A DNA stretch of 64,000 nt from Prochlorococcus sp. AG-409-J03 (lineage in GTDB: Bacteria; Cyanobacteriota; Cyanobacteriia; PCC-6307; Cyanobiaceae). The first letter of the stretch is position 1; the number at the start of each line of letters is the position of its first letter. Positions 40,073 through 51,222 of the stretch are shown piece after piece. The notes under the pieces are model-generated. The model made no database searches. It had not been told where the DNA came from and worked only from the letters and a program-made list of their open reading frames with translations. A program made the translations under genes and the position numbers. The stretch spans positions 18,074 through 82,073 of the forward strand of contig QCJZ01000002.1 in NCBI GenBank assembly GCA_003215695.1, read 5' to 3'.

Positions 40073-40783
40073 ATGAATTATCAAGATGACATCCCACTGG
40101 CCAAAAGGTTTAGATCCATCAAAACCCTTACTATTAAGTCTTCTTTTGGTTTAGGAGCTCTATTTGTTGGACTTGGTATTTCGTTAACGTTAATCGCTAA
40201 CAAATCATTCTTGGTGAAAGTAAAATCCATAGATGATTCCAATACCCCCACTAGTGAAAATAAAAATAAAAGTTTGTTAGGCCATCTCCCTTACCCTGAG
40301 GCCTCAAAAGATGAATTAATTCTTTTCTCTCCAGGTATTTATGTTCATAAAGAGATTTATGAAAATTTCAAGGAAATGCAATTTATAGCGGCACAACGAG
40401 GAGTCTCTTTACAACTATTAAGTGGTTATAGATCAATTGATTTGCAAAGAGATATTTTTTATGAAAATAAATCCATTAGAAATCAAACGGCTGTTGAACG
40501 CTCTAATGTCTCAGCTCCTCCTGGCTATTCTGAACACAGCACTGGATATGCTATCGATGTTGGTGATGGTAATTATCCAGATACTCATTTTGAAGCTGAA
40601 TTCGAGCAAACGCCTGCTTTTAAATGGATGAAGAGGTTTGCCAATAAATATCATTTCGTTCTTTCTTTTCCACCCAACAACAAACAAGGAGTAACTTATG
40701 AGCCTTGGCATTGGAGATTTGAAGGGACTGTGAATGCTTTGAGGAAATTTGAAGCTGCCAATAAAATTACAAAATTCAAATAA
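40073..40783 (+). CDS. D,D-carboxypeptidase (M15B, VanY-like)
   Basis: SGYRS, APPGYSEHSTGYAID, YEPWHWR; N-terminal TM. Confidence 0.9.
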   Translation: MNYQDDIPLAKRFRSIKTLTIKSSFGLGALFVGLGISLTLIANKSFLVKVKSIDDSNTPTSENKNKSLLGHLPYPEASKDELILFSPGIYVHKEIYENFKEMQFIAAQRGVSLQLLSGYRSIDLQRDIFYENKSIRNQTAVERSNVSAPPGYSEHSTGYAIDVGDGNYPDTHFEAEFEQTPAFKWMKRFANKYHFVLSFPPNNKQGVTYEPWHWRFEGTVNALRKFEAANKITKFK

Positions 40784-40909
40784 TTTTGAATTAAATTTTC
40801 TTACTTCCAATTCATTATTCGATATTTTAATTGGCATTTAAAACACTAAATGAAGTCATTGTGAGATATTCTTTATGTTTGTATTAACCAAGAAAATTTT
40901 ATTTAAATT

Positions 40910-42712
40910 ATGAGTTTTGATATACAAGCCATAAGGAATATCGCAATAATCGCTCACGTTGATCATGGTAAGACAACTTTGGTTGATGCACTTTTAAATC
41001 AATCTGGGACTTTTCGTGATAACGAGGAAGTACCCACTTGTGCAATGGATTCAAATGATTTGGAACGTGAAAGAGGAATAACAATTCTTTCGAAAAACAC
41101 AGCAGTTACATATAACGACACCAGGATAAATATTGTTGACACACCAGGTCACGCAGATTTTGGAGGAGAAGTGGAGAGGGTTTTGGGTATGGTAGATGGC
41201 TGTCTTCTTGTTGTTGATGCCAACGAGGGGCCCATGCCACAAACTCGATTCGTACTAAAAAAAGCCTTAGAGCAGGGGTTAAGACCTATTGTTTTTGTAA
41301 ATAAAATTGATCGTGCAAGAGTAGAACCTGAGACTGCTGTAGACAAAGTTTTAGATCTATTTTTGGAATTAGGAGCTGATGATGATCAATGTGATTTCCC
41401 TTATTTATTTGGTAGTGGATTAGGTGGTTTTGCAAAGACTGAAGTAAAAAGTGAAAGTGAAAATATGAAACCTTTATTTGAAGCTATTATTAGGCAAGTT
41501 CCCCCTCCTGTGGGTGATAAAAATAAGCCTTTACAATTACAGGTCACCACTCTTGATTACTCAGATTTTTTAGGAACAATTATTATTGGAAGAGTACATA
41601 ATGGTGTAATCAAAAATGGCCAAAGGACATGTTTAATTAAGGAAGATGGAACTTTAAAAAAAGGAAGGATTAATAAGCTATTGGGATTTAAGGGATTAAA
41701 AAGAATTGAAATAGATGAAGCAAATGCTGGAGATATAGTCGCTTTGGCTGGATTTGAAGATGTTTCTATTGGAGAAACAGTAGCCTGTCCTGATGAACCA
41801 AAACCTTTACCACTAATAAAGGTAGATGAGCCTACATTGCAGATGACTTTTGTTGTCAACGACTCTCCTTTTGCAGGTAAAGAAGGCAAGTTTGTAACCA
41901 GTCGTCAGTTGAAGGATCGTTTAAACAAAGAACTTCTTACGAATGTTGCCTTAAGAGTCGAGGATACCGATTCACCCGATCGTTTTTCTGTAAGCGGAAG
42001 AGGAGAGTTACATCTAGGAATTCTTATAGAAACAATGCGAAGAGAGGGGTATGAATTTCAAGTTTCTCAACCACAAGTCATTTTTAGGACTATTGATGAA
42101 ATTAAATGCGAACCAGTTGAGACCTTAGTTTTAGATGTCCCTGAGGCTTCGGTTGGAGCTTGTATTGAAAGTATTGGAGTAAGGAAGGGTGAAATGCAAA
42201 ATATGGAAACTGGTACTGATCATCGAACTCAACTTGAATTTGTTATTCCATCAAGAGGCTTAATTGGATTTAGGGGGGAATTTATTCGTGCAACAAGAGG
42301 TGAAGGGATTATGAGCCATTCGTTTTTTGAATACAGACCGTCTGTTGGAGATTTTGAACAAAGGAGAAATGGAGTACTTATTTCCTTTGAGGAGGGTGTA
42401 GCTACTTTTTATTCCTTAAAAAATGCAGAAGACCGTGGACAATTTTTTATTACTCCTGGAGCCAAAGTATATAAAGGGATGATTATTGGGGAAAATAATC
42501 GCCCACAAGATCTTGAATTGAATATATGTAAGGCTAAACAACTTACAAATATGCGTTCAGCTGGCGCAGATGAATTAGATCAATTGCAATCCCCAATTGA
42601 AATGACATTAGAAAGAGCTCTTGAATACATTGGGCCAGAAGAGATGTTGGAAGTTACTCCTGAATCGATAAGGCTGAGAAAAATTAATGGAAAGAAAAAT
42701 ATGAAAAAATAA
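40910..42712 (+). CDS. typA: Translational GTPase TypA/BipA
   Basis: [40 protein letters not shown]. Confidence 0.97.
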   Translation: MSFDIQAIRNIAIIAHVDHGKTTLVDALLNQSGTFRDNEEVPTCAMDSNDLERERGITILSKNTAVTYNDTRINIVDTPGHADFGGEVERVLGMVDGCLLVVDANEGPMPQTRFVLKKALEQGLRPIVFVNKIDRARVEPETAVDKVLDLFLELGADDDQCDFPYLFGSGLGGFAKTEVKSESENMKPLFEAIIRQVPPPVGDKNKPLQLQVTTLDYSDFLGTIIIGRVHNGVIKNGQRTCLIKEDGTLKKGRINKLLGFKGLKRIEIDEANAGDIVALAGFEDVSIGETVACPDEPKPLPLIKVDEPTLQMTFVVNDSPFAGKEGKFVTSRQLKDRLNKELLTNVALRVEDTDSPDRFSVSGRGELHLGILIETMRREGYEFQVSQPQVIFRTIDEIKCEPVETLVLDVPEASVGACIESIGVRKGEMQNMETGTDHRTQLEFVIPSRGLIGFRGEFIRATRGEGIMSHSFFEYRPSVGDFEQRRNGVLISFEEGVATFYSLKNAEDRGQFFITPGAKVYKGMIIGENNRPQDLELNICKAKQLTNMRSAGADELDQLQSPIEMTLERALEYIGPEEMLEVTPESIRLRKINGKKNMKK

Positions 42713-43092
42713 TGACTCTTATAGATAAACAAGATGATTTGTTCATAAATGACTCTCGTTTTGAAATAGGAATGAAATTATTTAATTCTTGTCAGTGGTA
42801 CAAATCACACGACGTTTTTGAAGAGATATGGCATGAGACTGACGATCCTGAAAGGCAGTTATTGCAAGGTATTTTGCAAGTGGCTGTTGCACAAGTCCAT
42901 TTGGAAAATAGCAACACAAATGGGGCTACAATACTTTATGGAGAAGCTTTGGGTAGATTAAAAAGATTTCAGCATTCAAATTTTGGATTAGATATTGAAG
43001 GACTTTCTAAATGCGTTTTAAGAAGATTGGAATTTCTACAAATTGGTAAGGAGATATCTGGTTGCACTTTGCCCGTTTTAAGGTTCCTTTAA
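42712..43092 (+). CDS. DUF309 domain protein
   Basis: LFN..WYKSHDVFEEIW..LQGILQVAV. Confidence 0.88.
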   Translation: MTLIDKQDDLFINDSRFEIGMKLFNSCQWYKSHDVFEEIWHETDDPERQLLQGILQVAVAQVHLENSNTNGATILYGEALGRLKRFQHSNFGLDIEGLSKCVLRRLEFLQIGKEISGCTLPVLRFL

Positions 43093-43249
43093 AAACATGT
43101 AAAGCCTCTTTCTTTTTCTCTATTGAAAGATAGGTGATTTTATATGATTGTTCTTATTATGATTTTTACTCTGTTTCAACTTTGAGTACAAAATAAAAGT
43201 ACAATTTGTATTAATTCAATTATATAGATCGACATTCTGCAAAATCAAA

Positions 43250-44806
43250 ATGGAATCAAGAAAAATCAACCAAATACAATTACCTGATCACCGCTTTTAT
43301 GAGTTGTTCTTCCCTATTTTATTTATAATTATAGGTCTATTTGGTGTATTTAATCATGCACTATGGAGAGATGAGATGCAAGGATGGCTCGTAGCATGGC
43401 AAAGTGATAACTTACTAGATTTATGGAAAAATAATGCACCATCTGGTCATCCTATCCTCTGGTCTTTATTAGTTTATTTTTCAAAAAATATTACTGGAAC
43501 TCCTATAAGTATGCAAATAATGCATTGGCTTTTAGGTAGTTCTGCGATTTTTATTTTTTGGAGATTTAGTCCTTTTAATCTAATAACTAAATCTTTATTT
43601 ACATTTGGATATTTTCCATTTTGGGAATATTATTTTGTGTGTCGTCATTATGTAATTGCAGAATTATTAATATTTATATTTTGCTCTATTTTTCATTTAA
43701 GACAAAAAACTTATATACCTTTTGCGATATGTATAGGACTTCTGGCTAATACACAAGCTTTATCTTGGTCATTAGCATTCGCTATTGGAATGACTCTTGT
43801 CTTTGATTGGTTTTTAAATTCACATCAAAGACAAAAATTTATGCAGAATAAAAATTGGATTTTTGATTTGACTTCAAGTATTACTATATCTTTATCATTA
43901 TTATGTTTTGGAGCTTTTAGTCTTCTTCAGGTAAGAGATTCAGTTAAATTAATTTCTTCTATCGTTGATATACGACATTTTCTTAGAGTAATAGGGCAGC
44001 TTTTCGGAGGCTACATGCTTATTATTCCAAATTCTAGTAGATTTTTCGATTTAGTTCTATGTGCCTTAATTACATTTATTTTGCTTATCAGCAATATTAA
44101 ATTTATTAACTTTTATCGTCCAGCATTAATTTATTTTTCTAGCGGTATTATATTTTTATTTCTTTTTAATTATTTTTTATTTTTAGGTGATGGGGCAAGA
44201 CATTATGGGTATTATTTCTTATTAATCATATCCTCACTATGGATAGCAATTTCTAATCAAGAGCAACAACTTACGTCTAGAGAAAACCAAAGTTTATTCA
44301 GAAAAGGTAATTTATTTTATTTTCCTAGATTACTTACAATTTGTTTGGCTATACATATGGTTGTGGGTATTCATATGGTCATTAATGATTTTCGGTTGCC
44401 ATATTCAGCTGGAAAAGAAACTGCACAATATATAGAGGCTAAGGGGTGGGAGGATTCTCCTATATTCGCTACTAGAGATGTTGAGGTGGCGACAGTATCT
44501 GGATACCTTGATAGAGAATTCTACCTTCCCGAGTTGAATGGATTTGGTAGTTATGCTCAGTGGGCTAATCGGGTTACGATAGACAGAACTAAAACCCTCG
44601 ATGAAGTACAAGTTTATTTAAATAAATTCCCCAAAATAAACAAATTTTTACTACTTTTAAGTAATCGATCTTCTATTAAAAATTTAGAGCCAGGTGAATC
44701 TTATTCCTTTGAAAAGTTCAGGGTAGTTGCTGATTCTAAATTTGAGAATTCCTTTCATGATTCAGAGAGATTCTACTTGTATTGGGTTGAGAGGATTATT
44801 GATTAA
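43250..44806 (+). CDS. Polytopic membrane protein, GT-C (ArnT/PMT-like) glycosyltransferase candidate
   Basis: HALWRDEMQGW after TM1, GHPILW, YYFVCRHY; about 11-12 TM helices plus a soluble C-terminal domain. Confidence 0.65.
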   Translation: MESRKINQIQLPDHRFYELFFPILFIIIGLFGVFNHALWRDEMQGWLVAWQSDNLLDLWKNNAPSGHPILWSLLVYFSKNITGTPISMQIMHWLLGSSAIFIFWRFSPFNLITKSLFTFGYFPFWEYYFVCRHYVIAELLIFIFCSIFHLRQKTYIPFAICIGLLANTQALSWSLAFAIGMTLVFDWFLNSHQRQKFMQNKNWIFDLTSSITISLSLLCFGAFSLLQVRDSVKLISSIVDIRHFLRVIGQLFGGYMLIIPNSSRFFDLVLCALITFILLISNIKFINFYRPALIYFSSGIIFLFLFNYFLFLGDGARHYGYYFLLIISSLWIAISNQEQQLTSRENQSLFRKGNLFYFPRLLTICLAIHMVVGIHMVINDFRLPYSAGKETAQYIEAKGWEDSPIFATRDVEVATVSGYLDREFYLPELNGFGSYAQWANRVTIDRTKTLDEVQVYLNKFPKINKFLLLLSNRSSIKNLEPGESYSFEKFRVVADSKFENSFHDSERFYLYWVERIID

Positions 44807-44881
44807 CCTTGCCTATGTTAGGTATTATTTATTTGTAGACAATTCGTATGTATAAACTTTTTCTCTGCCGGTTCTATTGAA

Positions 44882-45607
44882 ATGACTCTGCTTATTGAGA
44901 GTTTGGACTTAACCTTATCCAATAAAATTATTGTTAAAGACATCAATTTAAATGTTAAACCTGGTGAGGTTGTTGGCCTTTTGGGACCAAATGGTGCGGG
45001 AAAAACTAGTACTTTTAATATGATAGTTGGCTTGATAAAGCCAAACAAAGGCAATATCTACTTCGAAGGAAATAGTATAAAAAATTGTTCTATGACAAAA
45101 AGAGTTCAATTAGGTATAGGTTACTTGCCCCAAGAACCAAGTGTTTTTAGAAATCTTACCGTTATTGAAAATTTGGATATTGCCCTTTCTCAATCTAACT
45201 TGTCAATTTCTTTATTGAGGAAAAAGCGCGAAGAATTGATTGAGGAATTTAATTTGGTTTCTTTTCTTGATCGTTTTGGTTATCAACTTTCTGGTGGAGA
45301 GCGACGAAGATGTGAAGTGGCACGAGCATTAGCAGTTGGACGTTTAGGACCTAAATTTTTACTTTTAGATGAGCCTTTTGCAGGAGTTGACCCTATTGCT
45401 ATTAATGATCTGCAGAATTTAATTTTGAAATTAAAAAATAAGAATATAGGCATATTAATTACTGATCACAATGTTAGAGCAACATTGGCAATAACAGATC
45501 GATCTTATATCCTTAGTAAAGGTGCAATTCTTGCTGATGGAACGTCGGATCAATTAACAAGAAATGAAGTTGTAAAAGAGAGTTATCTTGGGAATTCATT
45601 CGATTGA
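44882..45607 (+). CDS. lptB: LPS export ABC transporter ATP-binding protein
   Basis: GPNGAGKT, GYLPQEPSVF, LSGGERRR, DEPFAGVDP, TDHNV. Confidence 0.93.
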   Translation: MTLLIESLDLTLSNKIIVKDINLNVKPGEVVGLLGPNGAGKTSTFNMIVGLIKPNKGNIYFEGNSIKNCSMTKRVQLGIGYLPQEPSVFRNLTVIENLDIALSQSNLSISLLRKKREELIEEFNLVSFLDRFGYQLSGGERRRCEVARALAVGRLGPKFLLLDEPFAGVDPIAINDLQNLILKLKNKNIGILITDHNVRATLAITDRSYILSKGAILADGTSDQLTRNEVVKESYLGNSFD

Positions 45608-46802
45608 TTTAGATATGTTTAATATTCTTTTCTTATTCTCTAGATTCCAAAAGTTAGTAGAGAGAAAGTGGAAAATAATTCCGTTGTTAGATAGATGGAT
45701 ACTTTTTGAATTATTGCCACCTTTGTTTTTTTCAATAGCTGCTTTTACTGTCGTTTCTCTCTCCGTAGGTGTTATTTTTGATCTTATTCGAAAAATAGTT
45801 GAGATTGGACTTCCTTTTTCTGTAGCTATACAGATACTTTTTCTAAAATTACCAAGCTTTATTGTTATTTCTTTCCCTATGGCAATGTTACTTTCAACTT
45901 TGCTGGCTTATGGTGGGCTTAATGATAATAGTGAAATAAAGGCATTAAAAAGTATAGGTATATCAATTTATAGAATTATTTTACCAGGCATAATCTTATC
46001 AATATTTATGTCATATATGACCTTTGTTTTTAATAATAATATTGTTCCTAATACAAATAAATATTCCGAGGTTATCCTGGCTAATTCTTTAGGAAGATCT
46101 TTCGCGAATGAACAGGGAGAAGATATTATTTTTTCAAAGAAAGGAGAAATCCAAGATCCATACTCAAACTATAAAAAAAGAGGAGTTACTCATCTTTTTT
46201 ATGCTTGGAAATTTATTGAGGGGGAGATGATAGATGTTACTGTAATTGATTTCTCAAAGCTAGGTTTTACTCAAATGCTTAAGGCAAAAAAAGGAATTTG
46301 GAATAGTGATAAAAATAATTGGGAATTTTTTGAAGGAGATATTTTGACACTTAGTCCTGATGGAAGTAATACAAGAACTAAATTTTTGAGTTTTTTATAT
46401 CCATTAGGTACTGAACTTACAAACATCGCACAACTACCAAAAGATGCTAATGAGATGAATCTTGGAGAAGCGAATACGGCTATGGAGTTATATCAAAGAA
46501 GTGGAAATATTAAAGAAGCAAGAAGAATGAAAGTAAGAATTCAAGAAAAATTCACTTTACCAATAGCTTGTTCAGTTTTTGCCTTGATTGGTTGTAGTTT
46601 TGGCGTAATGCAAAACAAAGGTGGAGGTAGAAGTCAAAGCTTTGGATTAAGTATTATTTTGATACTTATTTATTACATTTTGAGTTTTAGTTTTAGCTCT
46701 CTTGGAGTTAAAGGAATTATAAATCCTTTCTTTGCAGCCTGGTCTCCTGTTTTTTTGTCTATGTTGGGGGGAGGTTTTTTGTTACAACAGGCAAGCAAAT
46801 GA
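45588..46802 (+). CDS. LptF/LptG family permease
   Basis: LDRWI, SEIKALKSIGIS, QEKFTLP, AAWSP; follows lptB. Confidence 0.9.
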   Translation: MGIHSIDLDMFNILFLFSRFQKLVERKWKIIPLLDRWILFELLPPLFFSIAAFTVVSLSVGVIFDLIRKIVEIGLPFSVAIQILFLKLPSFIVISFPMAMLLSTLLAYGGLNDNSEIKALKSIGISIYRIILPGIILSIFMSYMTFVFNNNIVPNTNKYSEVILANSLGRSFANEQGEDIIFSKKGEIQDPYSNYKKRGVTHLFYAWKFIEGEMIDVTVIDFSKLGFTQMLKAKKGIWNSDKNNWEFFEGDILTLSPDGSNTRTKFLSFLYPLGTELTNIAQLPKDANEMNLGEANTAMELYQRSGNIKEARRMKVRIQEKFTLPIACSVFALIGCSFGVMQNKGGGRSQSFGLSIILILIYYILSFSFSSLGVKGIINPFFAAWSPVFLSMLGGGFLLQQASK

Positions 46803-46838
46803 TCTGGTCTTTTTAAATAATCTCTAGTTGCTTTTCCC

Positions 46839-47783
46839 ATGGTTGATTTTCAGTTAAATAAACTTTCCTTTGATCCTGTCGTCTCCCTTGGCTTTATAGC
46901 TTTTATTTCCCTGTTGATTGCATTACCTATTTCATTTTGGTCAGTTGCTGGTAGCAGTGGGTCCTCAAAAGCTAGATTTTTAGTTGCAATTTCCAATCTT
47001 TTTTTAACTAGCCAATTGATCCTGAGATGGTGGCAATCGGGACATTTCCCAATTAGTAATCTCTATGAATCACTTTGCTTTTTGACTTGGGGTTGTACGT
47101 TGACTCAACTTTTTGTCGAAAGGGCATGGCGTTCTCCAATCGTTTCAGCAGTTGCGACTCCTGTCTCATTGCTTTCAATTGGTTTCGCTAGCTTTGTTTT
47201 ACCAGAAAATTTGCAATCTTCTGCTCCTTTAGTTCCAGCTCTTCGTTCTAGTTGGTTGGTAATGCATGTGAGTGTAATTATGTGTTCATATGCTGCATTA
47301 TTAATAGGTTCAATTTTGTCTTTTGGTGTTTTTCTCTTTGACGGGGAAAAGCAATTCAATATTCGCAATAGCTCTTTTGGATCTGGTTTGTTTAGGCAAA
47401 GTTCTGAGCTATATCTTGATGATAGAAATGAGAACTTAAATTCAATCCAACCGGTCGAATTTACAAATGCTGAGCAACTTGATTCTTTAAGTTATAGATC
47501 AATAACTGCTGGATTTTTATTGCTTACAGTTGGTCTTATTAGTGGTGCTGTATGGGCTAATGAAGCATGGGGTAGTTGGTGGAGTTGGGACCCTAAGGAA
47601 ACATGGGCTTTAATATGTTGGTTGGTCTATGCGGCTTATTTGCATACCAGACTAACAAGAGGATGGCAAGGTAAAAAGCCTGCATTCATTGCCGTGGCAG
47701 GCTTTTTGGTTGTTATTATTTGCTATATTGGAGTCAATCTACTTGGGGTTGGTTTGCACAGTTATGGTTGGTTCTTTGATTAA
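46839..47783 (+). CDS. ccsA: Cytochrome c biogenesis protein CcsA/CcsB (system II)
   Basis: [40 protein letters not shown]. Confidence 0.95.
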   Translation: MVDFQLNKLSFDPVVSLGFIAFISLLIALPISFWSVAGSSGSSKARFLVAISNLFLTSQLILRWWQSGHFPISNLYESLCFLTWGCTLTQLFVERAWRSPIVSAVATPVSLLSIGFASFVLPENLQSSAPLVPALRSSWLVMHVSVIMCSYAALLIGSILSFGVFLFDGEKQFNIRNSSFGSGLFRQSSELYLDDRNENLNSIQPVEFTNAEQLDSLSYRSITAGFLLLTVGLISGAVWANEAWGSWWSWDPKETWALICWLVYAAYLHTRLTRGWQGKKPAFIAVAGFLVVIICYIGVNLLGVGLHSYGWFFD

Positions 47784-47804
47784 TAGTAACTAACAATTAA
47801 TGAA

Positions 47805-48557
47805 TTATTTTTCGATAATTATTCCATTCTGTGCATCATTCGCCACTTTTCTTAATGCGTCACATCCTTCTTTAAGTGTTGGGTAAGCAAACATACCACT
47901 TCCAGCGATGAAACAGTTTGCTCCTGCAGCACAGCATTGAGATAATGACCAATCCGCTTTTATTCCTCCATCAACTTCTATATCTACGTTATATCCATTT
48001 TCTAAAATTATTTTTCTTAATTGAGTTATTTTGTTGAGCATTGTTGGAATATAAGCTTGTCCACCAAATCCTGGATTGACCGTCATTACTAGTACATGAT
48101 CAACCATATCAAGGACATCTTTAACCATATCCATTGGAGTATGAGGATTAAGAGCTACGGAGGGTGACCCTCCAAGTTGACGAATCCTGCCAAGAATTCT
48201 ATGAAGGTGAACATTAGCTTCAGCATGAGCAATTACTACCCCTGGCTCTCCATTCGCACCCTTACTTGCTTCTACATAACCCTCAAGCATGGTTTCACAA
48301 TTGTATTGACTAACCATTAACTGAGTCTCAAATGGAACTTTGCAATACTTTCGGCATGCGGAAATCATTTCTGGGCCAAATGTGAGATTGGGAACAAAGT
48401 TCCCATCCATCACATCAAATTGAATCCTGTCTACACCTGCTAATTCAAGATCTTTTACGCACTGGCCCATGTTTGCCCAGTCGGCTGGCAAGACTGAAGG
48501 GATTATTTGAACTGGACGGTGTTCAGAAAAAATTGCTGAAGAAATGGATTTGATCAT
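47805..48557 (-). CDS. rpe: Ribulose-phosphate 3-epimerase
   Basis: DVMDGNFVPNLTFG, MTVNPGFGGQ, EVDGG. Confidence 0.95.
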   Translation of the reverse strand: MIKSISSAIFSEHRPVQIIPSVLPADWANMGQCVKDLELAGVDRIQFDVMDGNFVPNLTFGPEMISACRKYCKVPFETQLMVSQYNCETMLEGYVEASKGANGEPGVVIAHAEANVHLHRILGRIRQLGGSPSVALNPHTPMDMVKDVLDMVDHVLVMTVNPGFGGQAYIPTMLNKITQLRKIILENGYNVDIEVDGGIKADWSLSQCCAAGANCFIAGSGMFAYPTLKEGCDALRKVANDAQNGIIIEK

Positions 48558-48755
48558 TGTTTTTGTCTTTTGGCAGAGATTCTATTAATTGATGGTCAGA
48601 AGTTCTAGTGTGACCATGCACTGATACAGTAATTGTCGCTTATCAACAGATAATAAGTTTTTTGTGAGTACTTTTTACTGAGCATTTTTCAATGCCCTCA
48701 ATTACTTACAATATTATCTGCCTTAAGGCGACAATTTCTTTACCTAGCTGCAAAA

Positions 48756-49760
48756 GTGGATCGTACTCTCGTCCAAGAAATTCTTGAAGTAGTTGAGCAA
48801 GCTGCAATTGCTTCGGCTCAATTGACTGGTTTAGGTCAAAAAGATGAAGCTGATGCCGCTGCCGTGGAGGCAATGCGAAAGAGAATGGGCACGATTCAGA
48901 TGAAAGGAAGGATCGTTATTGGAGAAGGAGAAAGAGATGAAGCTCCAATGCTTTATATCGGAGAAGAAGTTGGATCAGGCACTGGACCTGGAGTGGATTT
49001 TGCCGTCGATCCTTGTGAGGGGACTAATTTATGTGCTAACAGCCAGCGTGGATCCATGGCTGTTTTGGCGGCCTCAGATAGGGGTGGTTTGTTTAATGCT
49101 CCAGATTTTTATATGAATAAATTAGCTGCTCCACCAGCTGCTAAGGGCAAAGTTGATATTAGAAAAACTCCTACAGAAAATATAAAAATCTTGAGCGATT
49201 GCCTAGGTATCGCAATTAGCGATTTAACTATTGTTGTTATGGATAGAGCTAGACATAAAAACTTAGTTGCTGAAATTAGGGCAACTGGTGCAAGGATCCA
49301 GCCTATTTCAGATGGAGATGTTCAGGCTGCTATAGCTTGTGGATTCGAGGGAACTGGTACGCATTGTTTAATGGGGATAGGGGCTGCTCCTGAGGGAGTT
49401 ATTTCAGCTGCTGCTATGAGAGCACTAGGAGGTCATTTTCAGGGACAACTTGTTTATGACCCTGCTATAGCTCAAACATCAGAATGGGCAGACTATACAA
49501 AAGAGGGAAATATCAAAAGATTGAATGAAATGGGCATAACTGATATCGACAAGATCTATGAAGCAAATGAACTTGCCTCGGGAGAAAATGTTGTTTTTGC
49601 TGGTGGTGGCATAACAGATGGGTTGCTATTTGACGGTGTTAAATTTGAAAAAGATTGCATTAGAACTAGTAGCCTTGTTATTAGTACTCTTGATCAAACA
49701 GCAAGATTTACCAATACAGTTCACATCAAAGAAGGTGCTCAAAGCATCTCTTTGAAGTGA
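48756..49760 (+). CDS. glpX: Class II fructose-1,6-/sedoheptulose-1,7-bisphosphatase
   Basis: [28 protein letters not shown]. Confidence 0.97.
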   Translation: MDRTLVQEILEVVEQAAIASAQLTGLGQKDEADAAAVEAMRKRMGTIQMKGRIVIGEGERDEAPMLYIGEEVGSGTGPGVDFAVDPCEGTNLCANSQRGSMAVLAASDRGGLFNAPDFYMNKLAAPPAAKGKVDIRKTPTENIKILSDCLGIAISDLTIVVMDRARHKNLVAEIRATGARIQPISDGDVQAAIACGFEGTGTHCLMGIGAAPEGVISAAAMRALGGHFQGQLVYDPAIAQTSEWADYTKEGNIKRLNEMGITDIDKIYEANELASGENVVFAGGGITDGLLFDGVKFEKDCIRTSSLVISTLDQTARFTNTVHIKEGAQSISLK

Positions 49761-49790
49761 GATTTAATTAAATGAAGTAAGGGGCTATTT

Positions 49791-51116
49791 ATGCATATTG
49801 CTGTCGTCGGTCTTAGCCATCGCACGGCCCCAGTCGAAGTGCGCGAGAAGCTAAGTATCCCAGAGGAACTGTTTGAGAAATCGTTCAACAATTTAAAGAC
49901 AATTGATCAAATATTAGAAGTTTCTATTTTGAGTACATGTAACAGGCTTGAAATTTATAGTTTAGTTAAGGATCCCAAATTGGGGATAGAAGCAATTAAG
50001 TCTTTTCTTCTTGAATTTTCGGGCCTTGAAGATGAGATTCTTTCCCCACACTTATTTAACTTTGTCCAAGAGAAAGCTGTTTCTCATGTAATGAGGGTAT
50101 CTGCTGGTTTGGATAGTTTGGTTTTAGGTGAGGGGCAAATCCTTTCTCAAGTAAAAAAAATGGTTCGTCTTGGTCAAGACCATCAAAGTCTCGGTCCAAT
50201 TTTGAACAGATTATTAACTCAGGCAGTTAGTACTGGTAAGCGTGTAAGAAGTGAGACAAATCTTGGAACTGGTGCAGTTTCTATTAGTTCTGCTGCTGTA
50301 GAACTAGCTCAATTAAAACTGGGGCAAGCATGTGGCAGAGATCAATTGATGTCTTTAGAGAGTGAGAAGATCGCAGTAGTTGGTGCTGGACGAATGAGTC
50401 GTTTGTTGCTTCAGCATCTTCAATCAAAAGGATGTTCTTCTCTTACTCTCTTAAATAGAACTAAAAAAAGAGCCGAGGACCTTTCAGCTGCTTTTCCAGA
50501 TATTAAAGTTGATTGTCAATTAATTGATGAACTTGATAGTTGTCTATCACTTAGTACTTTGGTATTTACAAGTACAGCTGCTAATGAGCCAATTATAGAT
50601 GCAGAAAAATTGTTAAAAATCGATAGAAAACCTTTGCTAAGACTTATTGATATTGGAGTACCAAGAAATATTTCTTCTGATGCAAAATCTGTTGATGGGA
50701 TTGAATCTCATGATGTGGATGACCTTCAAGAAGTAGTTTCAAGAAATCAAGAAGCAAGACAAAAGCTTGCCCTAGAAGCGGAGGGTTTGATTGAGGAAGA
50801 GTGTCGTATTTTTCTAGAATGGTGGGATAGTTTAGCGGCTGTTCCTACTATTAATTGTCTTAGATCTGGTCTGGAGGCAATCAGGAAAGAAGAACTCCAG
50901 AAGGCATTAAGTAGAATGGGGCCTGATTTCTCCGCTAGAGAAAGAAAAGTTGTAGAGGCATTAAGCAAAGGCATAATTAACAAAATACTTCATACTCCAG
51001 TAACAAAATTAAGGGCACCTCAATCAAGGAATGATCGCAGAGATGCTCTTGATGTGATTGAAAAACTTTTTAATCTGGATGTTTCTAGTTCTTTGAATAA
51101 GACAAAAAACAGTTGA
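49791..51116 (+). CDS. hemA: Glutamyl-tRNA reductase
   Basis: STCNRLE, GLDSLVLGEGQI, GAGRM, DIGVPRN. Confidence 0.97.
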   Translation: MHIAVVGLSHRTAPVEVREKLSIPEELFEKSFNNLKTIDQILEVSILSTCNRLEIYSLVKDPKLGIEAIKSFLLEFSGLEDEILSPHLFNFVQEKAVSHVMRVSAGLDSLVLGEGQILSQVKKMVRLGQDHQSLGPILNRLLTQAVSTGKRVRSETNLGTGAVSISSAAVELAQLKLGQACGRDQLMSLESEKIAVVGAGRMSRLLLQHLQSKGCSSLTLLNRTKKRAEDLSAAFPDIKVDCQLIDELDSCLSLSTLVFTSTAANEPIIDAEKLLKIDRKPLLRLIDIGVPRNISSDAKSVDGIESHDVDDLQEVVSRNQEARQKLALEAEGLIEEECRIFLEWWDSLAAVPTINCLRSGLEAIRKEELQKALSRMGPDFSARERKVVEALSKGIINKILHTPVTKLRAPQSRNDRRDALDVIEKLFNLDVSSSLNKTKNS

Positions 51117-51222
51117 AATTATTCTTTTACTTAAGAAATTCTTACTAGATTTCACTTCTTTATGGATTAATGAGCACTCTATCCAGTAAGTTTGCAGCGA
51201 ATAGCCTATTAATACTGCCTTC

